A stretch of DNA of 50,240 nt, filler included, from Sphacelaria rigidula (Eukaryota), in the NCBI GenBank assembly GCA_964200075.2. It is 3 parts of 3 records of this genome, joined end to end, with 100 filler letters (N's around TTAATTAATTAA, not from the genome) between each part and the next. Parts side by side here need not be neighbours in the genome. Positions count along the whole stretch, not along the records: positions 33,562 to 50,240 come from CAXNAA020001278.1; 2 more parts are not named here. The stretch is one strand, 5' to 3'. The stretch's first letter is position 1. The number at the start of each line of letters is the position of its first letter. Positions 36,057-48,014 of the stretch are shown here, one piece after another. Below the pieces are notes generated by a model that was not told the origin of the DNA, searched no databases, and saw only the letters and a list, made by a program, of their open reading frames with translations. The position numbers and the translations under genes are program-made.

Positions 36057-36897
36057 ATGGACACTGGAGCAAGTTCAAACAACAACAGCTTCGCTCATTC
36101 ATGGATGGACAGTGCACAACAGTGTCTGAATATTGCTGGCGAAGTAGTCTTTCTGCTCGCCAGTGGACGTCTCCCTACGAATAACACAGTGATGCAGCAG
36201 TTGACACCAAGGCTCGCAAGCTCCATACCATTGTCGATTACGCTTACTATATTCGAAAGTGACCGCGGGTCAGATACGTTCCGGCCCGGGTACAGCAACC
36301 GCAACCTACACGGCGGTCCGCGCATGAAGACTGCCACGCAAATGTCGCGAAACATGCTCGCTGCTTGCGCCTTCAAACACGAATACAAGTGCAAGATGGG
36401 TTGCAACTACGTGGCACGAGTCCCCCAGCAACACAAGAATCGACTGCATTCGTCGAAAGTTACCCGGGTCAACGGGATATCCCCCGCCCCCCCCGTTGTC
36501 CCCCTAAACGTTTTTCGTTGTGCACATACACGGTACATGTCGCCTGCCAGCGCACGAACGTGTTTGGCACCTGAAGAACTCGCCTTCAAACCGACGCGGC
36601 ACACAGTGGCAACATACGGATTGAAGAGAGATTTACGTGGTTTCGTTGAAAATTTCGGGCCCGGAAAGGGGGTTCGTAGGAGGTCGGGGTTGGTCACTTC
36701 CAATCCTGATGTTCCCCCTGGGAGACCCCAATTTCCTCAACATCGGAGAGACTCATGTGAGCGAAACTCAGATCCGTGGGGACGGTTTTGCGGTCTCACA
36801 GGTTTGTGAAATAGTTCTATAAACAGTAATTTCCTGTATGAGGGTGGTATCGCGTACTCGTGAAGCGGAAGAGCAGGCAGGCGGTGGATAAGATCTC

Positions 36898-37478
36898 CAA
36901 GGTTGTGTTCTGTAGGGTAAGGTTTTCTGTATACCCGGGGTATTTTTCCGGGTATTTACCGTACCTGACAGTTCTGGGACTCCTGTAAGACTTTCATACC
37001 GATACCCGACAGTTTTGTAATATGTCCTGAAAACTTGCATACCCTTACCCGATAGTTCTGTAGTCTCTGTAAGACTCCCGCACCGTTACCGGGGGGCACC
37101 GGTACGCTCTGGGTGAGATACCCGATTGCGGGTATGGTTTTCTGTGCAACCTCCGTACCCGACCCGAGGGATTCTGTGAGTTCTGTACGCCTTCCATACC
37201 CTTACCCGACAGTTCTGTGAGTTCTGCACAGAATATTTATTCGTACCCGGAGCGCGGGAATGCTTTTGAAGAAATACCCGATTGCAGGTACGGTTTTCCT
37301 CTAAGCCTCCCATACCGTACCCGACAAGTTCTAAAGTTTATGTTGGACTTTCAAACCGGTACCAGACATTTGTGTGATTCCTGTGAGACTTTCATACCGG
37401 TACCCGACATTGCCGTAAGTTCTGTAAGGAATCTCATACCCCACAGAACATGCCCGTACCCTACAGAACACAACCTTG
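36898..37478. mobile_element. hAT-like MITE with ACCG.TACCCGACAGTTCTGT internal repeats
   Basis: TIR CAAGGTTGTGTTCTGTAGGGTA / TACCCTACAGAACACAACCTTG; related fragments at ~3820-3975, ~41800-42136 and ~43365-43815. Confidence 0.85.
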
Positions 37479-38101
37479 GAATAATCCTTCGAGTACAGTG
37501 TCGTGCCGTGGTACCCTAGGGTGATGAAGTACAGTGCAGGACACGCCATCATTGCAGTATACGATAATGCCGGGTGGTAACACATGATGCACAGTCGGTA
37601 TTGCGAGAACAGTAAACAGTGCGCGAGAAGAGCTCAGTAGTGCCATACATCATCCTGAGAGTACAGCGACGACAGAGATGAGGATAGTACAGTACCACTC
37701 ATTACGGTGATATGTGCGACAGCGCAGTGCAGCATGAAATGTTGCCATCGCCATAGGATACGACGTTAGCACTTCTTATCCGCTTGTCGAACCCAGTGCG
37801 AAGCTTCGCCAGCAGCTGGCGTGGGCAGGCACAGCTTGCGCTGTCACGAGACTGTCTGCTGCTGCGGTTGGAAGAATATCAAAAGCCTGTTATCCTATTC
37901 CTGTACGTCACTGCACGTACGTCACTCCCTACAGATTGGGGAGACCTTAACGTTCCCTCGATTTTGGCGAAAATGGAGGGAAATCGTTCTCGAATGGAGA
38001 CTTCCCGACTTTCACTTCCCTGATCAGGTTCGTATTGAAGTCCGTAACATGCGTTTCCCTATTGGAGGTTTGTTGCCTTAAAATTTGTCTCCGCGAGGTG
38101 T

Positions 38102-38171
38102 GTTCACCACTTGTTGGATGAATAAGTTTATCGGAAACATACTATTTCGAGCTAACGCTAACCCTAACCCT
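38102..38171 (+). mobile_element. Left end of a telomere-repeat-bearing MITE (third copy)
   Basis: GTTCACCACTTG...GAAAC resembles the 30624 TIR and is followed by CTAACGCTAACCCTAACCCT. Confidence 0.65.
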
Positions 38172-41100
38172 CAGGGCCAATCTTGACGAAGGGGGCTATC
38201 CCCTTTTTCGCAATCCCTTTTGCCAGGGAATTGGTCCCATAACGACCAGTTCTGAGTCCTAGCGAGGAGCAGTTTTGTACAGACTGGACGCCAGATCTGC
38301 TCGTAGGGTAAAAAATACCGCGGGTCTGCATGTGGGCGTTAGTCCGAGGTTTGTGTAATACTGCAGACAAGACGCAACGAGGCAACACGATACCTACACA
38401 CCCAGCCCCGAAAAAACACGCACAGAGACCCACTACTCACGCGCATTAGTTCCACTGCTAGCCCTTGCTAATCTACACACGGCAGGCTTTGTTTGACGGC
38501 AATCCGGTCTGTATTGGACGAATGTCCGCTACGTGCGTGTCACAAACAACCGAAAACGTGTCGTTGCTAACCGTTTTGTGGGCGTGTGCTGTGCGCGCGT
38601 CTCACACAAATCAACATTTGTCGGTGAATTCTGAACAGATTTGATCAAGGTCACGCATAACGTGCACAGCTGATGAGCAGCTACGGCTCGAGCAATGAAA
38701 ACAATAAATCCGTCTGAAGGGATGGATGTACGCCACGCGCCGGCCACTGCGCGGTACAGCACGCGTTGTGACTGTCTGCTGTGTTTCTTCATTTTCTCGT
38801 TTTCTCCGTTTTTCCTGTTTCATCCAGTTGTTGCCTGTATCAATGAATCGTCGGAAGATGAGGTCGAGCGTAGAAATCAGCTCGACCCTTTCGGGACTGA
38901 AGCTCAGTGACAAGAGGTTCACCATGTAGTGGTAAAATAATGATGAACAAGTCTAGGAGCTACCTGCTCAATCATGGTGAGGCGAAAGTTATCGACCACA
39001 TCCGAGCGACCAGTGGCGGGGCTGTCGCCGGGAGTGACGTCACTGCCAAGTTGGTGTGTGTACCCTGTCCCTCGCCCACGAAAAAGCCTTCGAAGCAAAA
39101 TAAAGCCCAAGTGGTCGGGGCACGGTTTCTCGATTTTTTGTCATTTACTTGCATTTTATATAGGTCCGACCTCCACTCCTCCGTTTTTTTTGGTGTCACC
39201 ATCCTTTAGTAAACCCTAGTTGATTACACTTACACATAGTGCTGGGGGGAAACTCGGGAAAAATTGTACCCTACTATGTATATGTGGTCATGTTCACAAG
39301 GCGACTAAATCTAGCAATGCTGTGGGATGAGAGACGGAGCTAGAGGCATGAGTTCTGCGATATTCCTCTGTCGAAGCGGTACAAGCGGCGATGAGGTCGT
39401 ATGTAATCGACGGGAACGAACAAGCTGTGTATAGGCAGCTGATCTCCGTTGCGGAGAACTGCCTAGGACATGTGAGAGAGTATGCAGCCGCAGCTGCTGC
39501 TACATTCGAAGAGGCGTACTGTACTGTATCTGCGGCGCAACGCCCACGCCGTTCGAAGAGAATCTGCCGCTTGCAACGAGAAGGGAAATCGCGGCCCACC
39601 CCGACCACAAAGGGCCGCGTGGCGAGGTGATGGGGACAATATCCAAGGCCACAAGTGGCGGGCGGCGGCTGTAACATTCTGTCGAAAGCTCTCCACGGCG
39701 ACTCATACTGCTTGACACATCTATACATTACCTGATGCACGCAACACCCGGATGATAGTACAGGCAGTTTGTACCTGCACCTGGAAATAGATGGGATGAA
39801 ACTTTGGGAACTTGAGACTTACACCGCTTTTGCGTTTGTTTTTTCGCGACCCAAACATGCACCACTTTTTCGAGTGCCATCTGCTCCACCCTAAATGAAC
39901 GTCGACTCGTCTGTCGCTGTGACCCACTCGATATTATATGCAGCTGGCATGTGGCGAGTTTTCACCACTGTCGACATTTATACCATTTCAAGACGTCGAT
40001 TTTCCACCACGGGCATTACGCACTGCCGTTCTGGGGGAGGTACACGACTGAACCGCCCCATCGAAATATGTTATTTTGACCCGCAACGTGCACCTTCGAC
40101 AAACAAAGCACGTCTTTTCACCCGAGAATGCTTTGAAAGGTCTTACCGTGCGACTTTTCCGTTGTCGTGAGAAGTGGTCTGATGCCGTCAAACAAGGCCT
40201 GGCATCGGTAGCTGAGCAAGGGTGGGCCTTGGGGTTGTTGCACTGGTTCCCTCCATTCGTGGGTTCTACATCGAACGTGTTTCTCTTCGCATGTTAACCG
40301 CAGATTAGAAACATGGCCTGGAACCACACATCGCTCGGATATTATGTGAAACGGAACGATCAGCGCCGTCACCAGTCTTTTTCATCTGCACTTGCCTTTA
40401 GCTGTCAACAAAGGGTAACGTTTGTTTCATATGAAGCTGTGCATCGAAGGGGAGGCAAAAATGTGATGTGCCAAAAAACTCTGTGGCGAAAATGCCGTTT
40501 TTCATTCTTGTCATGAAATACCTAGGACATTGTTGCGTCGCCCCGGTAATCTCGTGATGAATGCTATGCCCACCGAGCAGCGAGTGAAGAACCAAGGGCT
40601 ACCTACCCCTGGAAAGGTACTGAAGTCGTCACTACACCGTCAGTGTAGCATCATCCCGCTGGGTGTCCAGTGAATGGAAATGTGGTGCGCTACACAAGCG
40701 ATGCAGAATAGCGCTCATTTTCCTTTTTTGCGGCTTAATCGTGCCCCTCAAAACCCCAACGTTGTTACAGTATTTGTAAGTTCCTCATAGGGGAAAATGG
40801 AGATGAAATGTGAAAATGAAGCCGAGCGTGCTGTAATCTCTTTGTGCGCATGAGAGTGCAGGGTATTGGCAACTCGACTTGGGGGTTCCCAACCGAATTG
40901 CTTCGATTTCGTTCTCATTTTAACATGGAATACGTGAGGCAAAGGTTCTCACAGCAAGGACAAGCAAATAGATACGTCACGTGCCTTATGTTATGCGTGA
41001 GGGATCACTGTCCAGATAAGCTCCAAGGACATGAGTACCCGCAAAGCTGTCGTGGCTGCAAGCCGCCCCGACCAAGACGCGGTAGAGTACAACCCTCATG

Positions 41101-42269
41101 GTTACATGAGATGAGTGCGCATCGGCCTTGTAGTGTGAAGATGTAGGAAATGCCTACACTGCACACATCTTTCATGGTGGGGTATGTCGATCCACGGATG
41201 GAACACGGAAAAAGGAAGAGGTTTGTTGGGGAGTGCGATCAGAGGCAGGGTCTGATCACCGGTTTGCTGTTGTTTTGTCGGGTGCAACTATTGGCATGTT
41301 GTAAACAGTCGCCAAGGCTAAGCAGACAGACATGGACAGGCAGAAGAAAGAGGCTAGTGGCGTTTGTACCTCTTGCTCACTCTGAGTTTGTACATGTTTT
41401 TTTCGCATGTTTGAATCATGATCCCATACGAATGATAGAGGCGGGTTCACGCTTATCTCCCATGCGTTCATCGGCAGAACTTCTCGATTTGTTTTTGGAG
41501 GTAGAATTCGAAACTTGGCACAAATGTAGTATGTGTTATCACGAAACGTTTGATGGATGAGATTATTGTACTTTTCATTTTATACAGGTTGTCGAGGTCC
41601 CAGGGTTCTCTCCGTGATTCTTCCCCTTTTCCACCCCATGTGACCCCCGAAAGCCGGCGAAAATAGCTCAAAAGTCAAGCAACGTCGTCTTTCACAAGTT
41701 TGGAATGACGCATGGTACATGTGTAGAACGTTTCGGTCTCACTGCATAAAATTGCGTAAAATTTAGCGCCTTCCTGGTATAAGGTTTTCAAACGTCCTGT
41801 TTTGTAGGGTACGGGTATTCTCAGTAGCGCAGGAGATTCTTTCAAAAACTTGGGGAACTGTCGGGTACCGGTGTGAAAGCCTGACAAAACTCACAGGATC
41901 TGTCCAGTACAGGATGAAGTTGATGCAAAAATGCGTATCCGCAACCGGGTATATTTACAAGATTCTACCCGGAGCCCGGGTGAGGGTAGAGATAACGTTC
42001 TGAACGTACACAATTGCCGGGTATCGGTATGGAAAGCTTGCAGAAGGCACAGAACCTTTCGGGTACGGTACACCCGGGTGAACAAAACTCGTACCATACA
42101 ATACAGAGGCTTGAATTGTGCCGAAACCGTACCTTGATGCATCAAGGCATGGTTTTAGCGCATAGTTGCGTTGACGTTCGGTCTTGGTCCTTTCCTCCCC
42201 CCCCCCCTCCCCTAGCTGGTCCGGTGAAAACCAGGCGTGGTCCGTCCCGGCTCTGTACGGGGGGGGGGC

Positions 42270-43321
42270 GCCAATGGGGTCAGCGTCGGTTGGTGATGAC
42301 GCTGTAAAACATGCCACTAACTGCATGAGCTAGGTATTCAGGTTGCCGATTTATTTGCGCACTTGCTTTTTTCGGCGGTGTCCATGTTGGTGGTCGAGCT
42401 GGATCATATTGTGCGGAGTGGGAGAACCTCAACTCCGCGCAAAGAGGGTTATCGTACTACGTAGTGTTTATAGGGTGAGACACCCATCAGACAGTGTATA
42501 AGTAGTGACTCTCTGGAAGAGGCGATACCAGAAAATGAAGCAACTTATTGCAGGCTGTCATCCATATGCGAGATAAGCAGTATGCCTCGGGCGCAACAAG
42601 CTTAGTAGGATGCAGCTCACCCTTCATGCGACTCGCCGAAAACACCACGTTGCTTTGCGCTTGTTGATTGGTTGCTAGTGAGTCTGGCGAAAACTCGGCG
42701 TGCTCCGTCCCGGCTTTGTTTAGGTGCGAGATTAATGGCCATATGACTTGTGGCATGCAACATCATGAGTGCCTCCCTTGCCCTCCCTTTCCCCCCCAAA
42801 TTCCCCTCCATTTTGGGTGCTTGGCGGCGGTTGGCAACGATGCTGTAAAACATGCCACTCACTGCATAAGCTAGGCCAACAAGTTACAGCACCGGGTTTT
42901 GTTCTCTGGCTTACGTTTTTTCGCGGGGAGCATGGTTGCGGTTGAGCTAGATCGTATGGCGCAGGGTGGGAGAGCCTCAACTCCGCGCATTGGGAATGAT
43001 GGTACTACGTAGTGCTTTGATGTGGAGACACCCATGGAGGCAGTGAAAATCGTGGCTATCTCTTGAAGTGGCGACACCAGAAAATGAAGCAACCTGTCGT
43101 AGGCTGTCAGCCACGTTGAAACAATAAGTACGCTTCGGACCAAATTGTTTGGTAGAGCGCAGCTCACTCCTCATGCGACTCGCCGAGCACATGACGGCGC
43201 TTTGCGCTTGGTGATCGACTGCGAGACTGGTCCGACGAAAACCCGACGTGCTCCGTTCCGACTTTGTAGGGATGCGAGGTCAAAAGTCTTATGACTACGG
43301 CATGCAAGATCATGAATACCC
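42270..43321 (-). repeat. Two tandem ~550-bp copies of the shared-head element
   Basis: Parallel landmarks about 545 bp apart (GCTGTAAAACATGCCACT at 42301/42842; ACCAGAAAATGAAGCAAC at 42527/43076; TCATGCGACTCGCCGA at 42624/43171). Confidence 0.85.
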
Positions 43322-43819
43322 TGCTGTAGATGACACTGAGGACGGTTGAGAGAAAAGGATAACTCCGAAGTTTTCTGTAGGGTCCAGGTTTTTCGGTAGG
43401 GTACAAGCTTTCTCACAGAACTTACAGAACGGTCGGATACTGGTTTGGGAGTCTTGCAGAACCTGCAGAACCTGTCAGGTTCCGGTACGCAATTCTTGCG
43501 GAGCTTACAGAAACTGTCGAGTACGGTATGAAGATGATACGGAAACCCGGACCCGCAACCGGGTGTATCTAGAAGGGTGTCCCTGTGACCCGGGTAAGGG
43601 TAAACATTCCGTAGATGTATATCAATGTCGCGGGAGGCATCAGAATGGAGGTCGTACAGGAACCCGTACCTGCCACCGGATATCTCTACAAGGGTATACC
43701 TGTGCCCTGAGTAAGGGTGAGCATTTGACACAGATGTCACAAAGGTGTCGGGTACCGGTGTGGGAGGAGGCCGGAACTCACATAACTATCGGGTACAGAT
43801 ACGAATGGCTTACAGAACT

Positions 43820-44695
43820 CAAGGCACGTCGGGTAGGGTACGTACATTTGAATACTCGGGCAAAATACCCGAGTATTCACTCTACCCAACTTCTGGGGAA
43901 ATTGGGTACGGCCTCAATACCCCACCCAATTTTTGGGTAGTTTGGGTAGTTTTGATGCGGCCTAAAATACTCTGCCCAGTATAGGGTAAGTACTGTCAGT
44001 AATGCTCGAGTGAAGAGTATCACTTGAGTATGACCTCAATACTCTACCCATTTTTGGGTAGATTGAGTGTAACCTCGAATACTCCACCGATTATTGGGTA
44101 AGTACTGTCAGTAATACTTGAGTAAAGAGTATCACTTGGGTATGACTTCAAATCTCTACCCATTTTGGGGTAGATTGACTACGACCTCAAATGCTCCACC
44201 CAATATTGGGTAAGTACTGTCAGTAATACTTGAGTAAAGAGTATCACTTGGGTATGACCTCAACACTCTACCCGAATTCTGGGTAGATTGATTGCGACCT
44301 CAAATACTCTCACAAATAATGGGAAATTACTGTCAGTAATACTTGAGTAAAGAGTATCACGTGGGTATGACCTCAACACTCTACCCGAATTTTGGGTGGA
44401 TTGAGTGCGACCTCAAATTCTCTACCCTATATTGCGTAAGTACTGTCAGTAATACGAAGAGTATCACTTGGGTATAACCGTAACACTCTACCCAACATTT
44501 GGGTAGATTGGTTACGACCTCAAATACTCTACCCGAGATTGGGTAAGTACTGTCAGTAATACTTGAGTAAAGAGTATCACTTGGGTATGACTTCAAATCT
44601 CTACCCGAATTTTGGGTAGATTGACTACGACCTCAAATGCTCCACCTAATATTGGGCAAGTAATACTTGAGTTAAAGAGTATCACTTGGGTATGA
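43820..44695. repeat. ~112-bp minisatellite inside a CAAGG-ended element (left part)
   Basis: TACTGTCAGTAAT at 43991, 44103, 44215, 44328, 44441, 44548; the unit includes GAGTATCACTTGGGTATGACCTCAA..CTCTACCC..TTTTGGGTAG. Confidence 0.92.
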
Positions 44696-45332
44696 TAAGT
44701 AACGGTGACCGCCGGCGACTTCGTGACGTCACTTCGCAGGCTATGTTGAATACATAGGCAAACAGTGGCCATCAACGAGATGAATGACGTCACATCACAG
44801 GCTACCGCAAATTCTAATGGCACCCAGGGGGCGGGAATAAGGATCCACCCAGAACTTGTCATCGGTCGTATACTACCAATAGAGGAGTTACAGACACCGA
44901 CGGACCCTGAGCCAGCTTCTTTCATTCGAGGGCTCGAGCACAGCTGCACGTGTGGTGAAATAAAAGCACTACGCCGACCGCACCACTGCCGCGAAATGCG
45001 AGCCTGCCTTCAGACCCGCCTGCAAATGACTGCACTGCGTACTTCGAAATGTATCGTACCGCCTGTGCTTGTAACGTAGTACAGACTGCTGTAGTGTTGG
45101 AAAATACTACTGCATCCTGTACTCTACTGTACTTCACAGGTAACTGCTGTTCAAGTCGTCAAGTTTGCATCGTAACTAGCTACATATTCTGTGTACTCTA
45201 CTGCACTACTATTGTACTACTGTACCATATACGGTGAAGCTGTATGCTGTGGGTCCGTCACGCTGTCTGCTGTTGATGTAAATATTTACTGTTCACAGTT
45301 CACCTTTGATATGTATTGTTCCCATATACAGC

Positions 45333-45900
45333 ACGAGCTGGGTCAGCAGTAAATTCCGCATTCGCTTTCCACACCACAACTTCTCAAGTTTTCCACATAA
45401 GCGCGACTAGAGCATATCGCTGTGAAGTGCAGACCAACCTGGTAACACACGGCATCGCCGCTGAATGAAGAAAAAAATGAAAAACATTGTACTGCATAAT
45501 TTATAACCTTTACGACGGACGAAAACAAATATTATCTGTCGGGATTCAAGCTCATGACCTTCATAATTGGAGTCTCCGGTATCACTCGAATTAAAGAGGC
45601 GCGGCCGTGCCACACGAGAAGTGCGACGCCGCGCCCGATTTGAGGTATTTTTGGCCGAACCTTCACGAAGATGTCGTTGACGCGAGTGCCCGTATGTGTT
45701 GTAGCGTTATCGTCGTTTTTATATTTTCAAGAAAGTTACAGCATCTGTTTTTGCTGAAACTTCAACTCGCTGTGACTTCCTGTTTTGTTTTGTTTTTCCC
45801 CTGCACAACACGGGTTTGATGTTCAAAATGTCGTGTAATAAATTCAGTGCCTATCTCTTCGAATTACGAATGACATCTCCACTCTTCGTTGAAAAATCAT
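45333..45900 (-). repeat. Inverted copy of 35516-36056 joined directly to the homologue of 34155-34206
   Basis: Reverse complement matches both segments, without the ~1.3 kb that separates them in the other copy. Confidence 0.8.
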
Positions 45901-45930
45901 TGTCAGCTGGCCCTGCTCGTAGTGCCAGAT

Positions 45931-46394
45931 GATGAAAAAAGCTCAGCACGTTATTTCCATCCGGTTTCGCAGCTGGACCGCTGTGACCGGACGGAGTAGA
46001 ACCGCGCGCTCTAGGCGTCGCACGGCGCGTGTTCTCTGTCTGCTCACCATGTGATTCTCAGCAGGGAGGGTAAACAGTTCGTGATCGGTAATGCCGATGA
46101 AAACAACTGCGCCCACAGAGCCGATGTTGAGCGGGCAGGGTGAACAGCTCGCGGTAGGTGATCAGATAAACACAGCCGCACGCGCAGGGTTGATGCTCAG
46201 CTGGCATGGTAACAGCTCGGGATCGGTAATGCAGATGAACACAGCCGAACGTACAGAGCTGATGCTCAGCGGAAAGGGTGAGCAAGTAGAAATTAGGCGG
46301 TGTGCGACCGCTAGAGCGCGCGGTTCCACTCCGTCCGGTCACAGCGGTCCAGCTGTGAAACAAGACGAAAATAAGGTACTGAGGTTTTTTCATC
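45931..46394. mobile_element. MITE with ~118-bp inverted arms and ~69-bp internal tandem repeats
   Basis: CAGCTGGACCGCTGTGACCGGACGGAGT.GAACCGCGCGCTCTAG and its inverse; AACAG(T/C)TCG at 46073, 46143, 46211. Confidence 0.88.
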
Positions 46395-46552
46395 GTCCAG
46401 TCGTATTTTATATGGGAACAATATTCATGAGAAATTAATCATGAACAGCACATATGTTCAACAAGAGTAGACAGCGTAGCGGATCCACAACATACAGCTT
46501 AAGCGCCCACGGTTCTGTAGAATGATGATATCGTGCAGCACTTGGGTGCTTT

Positions 46553-46861
46553 TATCACTTGGGTATGACCGCAATACTCTACTCAAAGTTTGGGTAGATG
46601 GACAGCTGACAACGACCTTGAATACTCTGCCTAAATATCGGGTAAGCGCTCTCAGCGATACCTGGGTATAATGTATCACTTGAGTATGACCTCAATGCTC
46701 TACCCAAATTTTGATTAGATTGAGTGTGACCTCAAATACTCTACCCAAATTTTGGGTGAATTGGGTACGACCTAAAAAACTCCACCCGAATTTTGAGTAC
46801 TGAGAGTATAACTTTTCAAAAATACCGACTATTGGGTATTACTCTACACCACCCGCCCTTG
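46553..46861. repeat. Right part of the 112-bp-repeat element
   Basis: Resumes TATCACTTGGGTATGACC... units and ends CCCTTG, inverse to CAAGG at 43820. Confidence 0.75.
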
Positions 46862-47034
46862 CAAAAATGCTAGCTTTTAGAACAGATCCTTGAAGTTTTG
46901 CGTACCTGGTGCAAACTACGAACTACTTGGTTTTAGGAATATGACATCTTTTCGGAGACGGTGAACGTTTCAACCAGAGAAAATTGTATAAGGTCTTCGA
47001 GTTACGCAACGGAACATTGCACAAATGTTCCAAA

Positions 47035-48014
47035 CCCTGGACAATACAATATGCAATATGTATATATATATATATATATATGTGTATATATCTTGCCCGC
47101 TCAATACGTCGACGCGTCGGGTGATCAATATATATTGGGTGAGCAATATGATGGCACGAGAGAGGGTCAATATATATTGTGCCATCAATATGTCAAGGCT
47201 CACGACATACAATATATATCGACCGAACATATATCACGACATGCGCCGCCTCAATATATATTGGCCGAGTAATATGTTGGTGCGAGAAGCCACCAATATA
47301 TATTTGTCGAGTAATATACTAGCTGCCACACGAGATCAATATATATATATATATATATATTGATTCAATATACTCAACACTCGAAGCGCCAATATATGTT
47401 GCCGCCCCAATATGTTGTGCGTCAATGCGTCCAATATATATTGGGCGGATAGAACACAAGGGAACCGACGGTCACAAGACATATTTGTGTAGCAATATAT
47501 TTTTGTTTTCAACATGAATATTGGAAAGTGTATTGGAATTGGTATGGTGGGCAGTTCCATGTTCGCGGGCGCCATTCAAAGATGTATCACCACATGCCGA
47601 AAACGCTCAAGGAGTTCCTCCGCAAGCGTGTTCAATATATATTGGCTGCACAATAACTATGCGATGAGCGTGCGCAACATATATTGGAAAAACAACACTT
47701 CTGCATGGTTTGCGTTCAATATATATTATGGTAACAATATGCTACGCATCGCTTCGACTCGATATATATTGACACTTCAATACATACACGGCCGACACGC
47801 ACAATATGTGTTGAATGTTTTTTTCCTGGAGCAAAATGCATGTCCAATGTATATTGTCATACATTACTTCATGATCATGGCACGAGCACTATATGTTGTT
47901 GCTTCAATATCCCTGAGGACATCTCGACACAATATATATTAAAAGGACGATATTTGTGCTGGCTCCAATGCGAAGTGTTGGTATAAATATTGGAACATAT
48001 TGTATTGTCCAGGG
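47035..48014. mobile_element. Non-autonomous TIR element carrying two phased 42-43-bp repeat-spacer arrays
   Basis: Perfect 20-bp inverted repeat ACCCTGGACAATACAATATG (47034-47053 / 47996-48015); CAATATATATTG-like motifs at 47126, 47168, 47210, 47252, 47294, 47337, 47390, 47432 and 47633, 47675, 47717, 47760, 47802, 47845, 47887, 47930. Confidence 0.85.

Noticed and set aside
36057-36809. 250-aa ORF
   Set aside because: No recognisable domain or splice structure; lies among repeats.
47054-47941. Calling the array a bona fide CRISPR
   Set aside because: The context is eukaryotic, repeats are short and degenerate, spacers are only 6 and 17-18 nt, and no cas genes are visible. Reported as a repeat-spacer array instead.
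46961-47942. 14-aa repeat proteins (QYIL.../NIY...) in the ORF track
   Set aside because: A by-product of the 42-bp period; 43-bp units and (TA)n expansions shift the frame.
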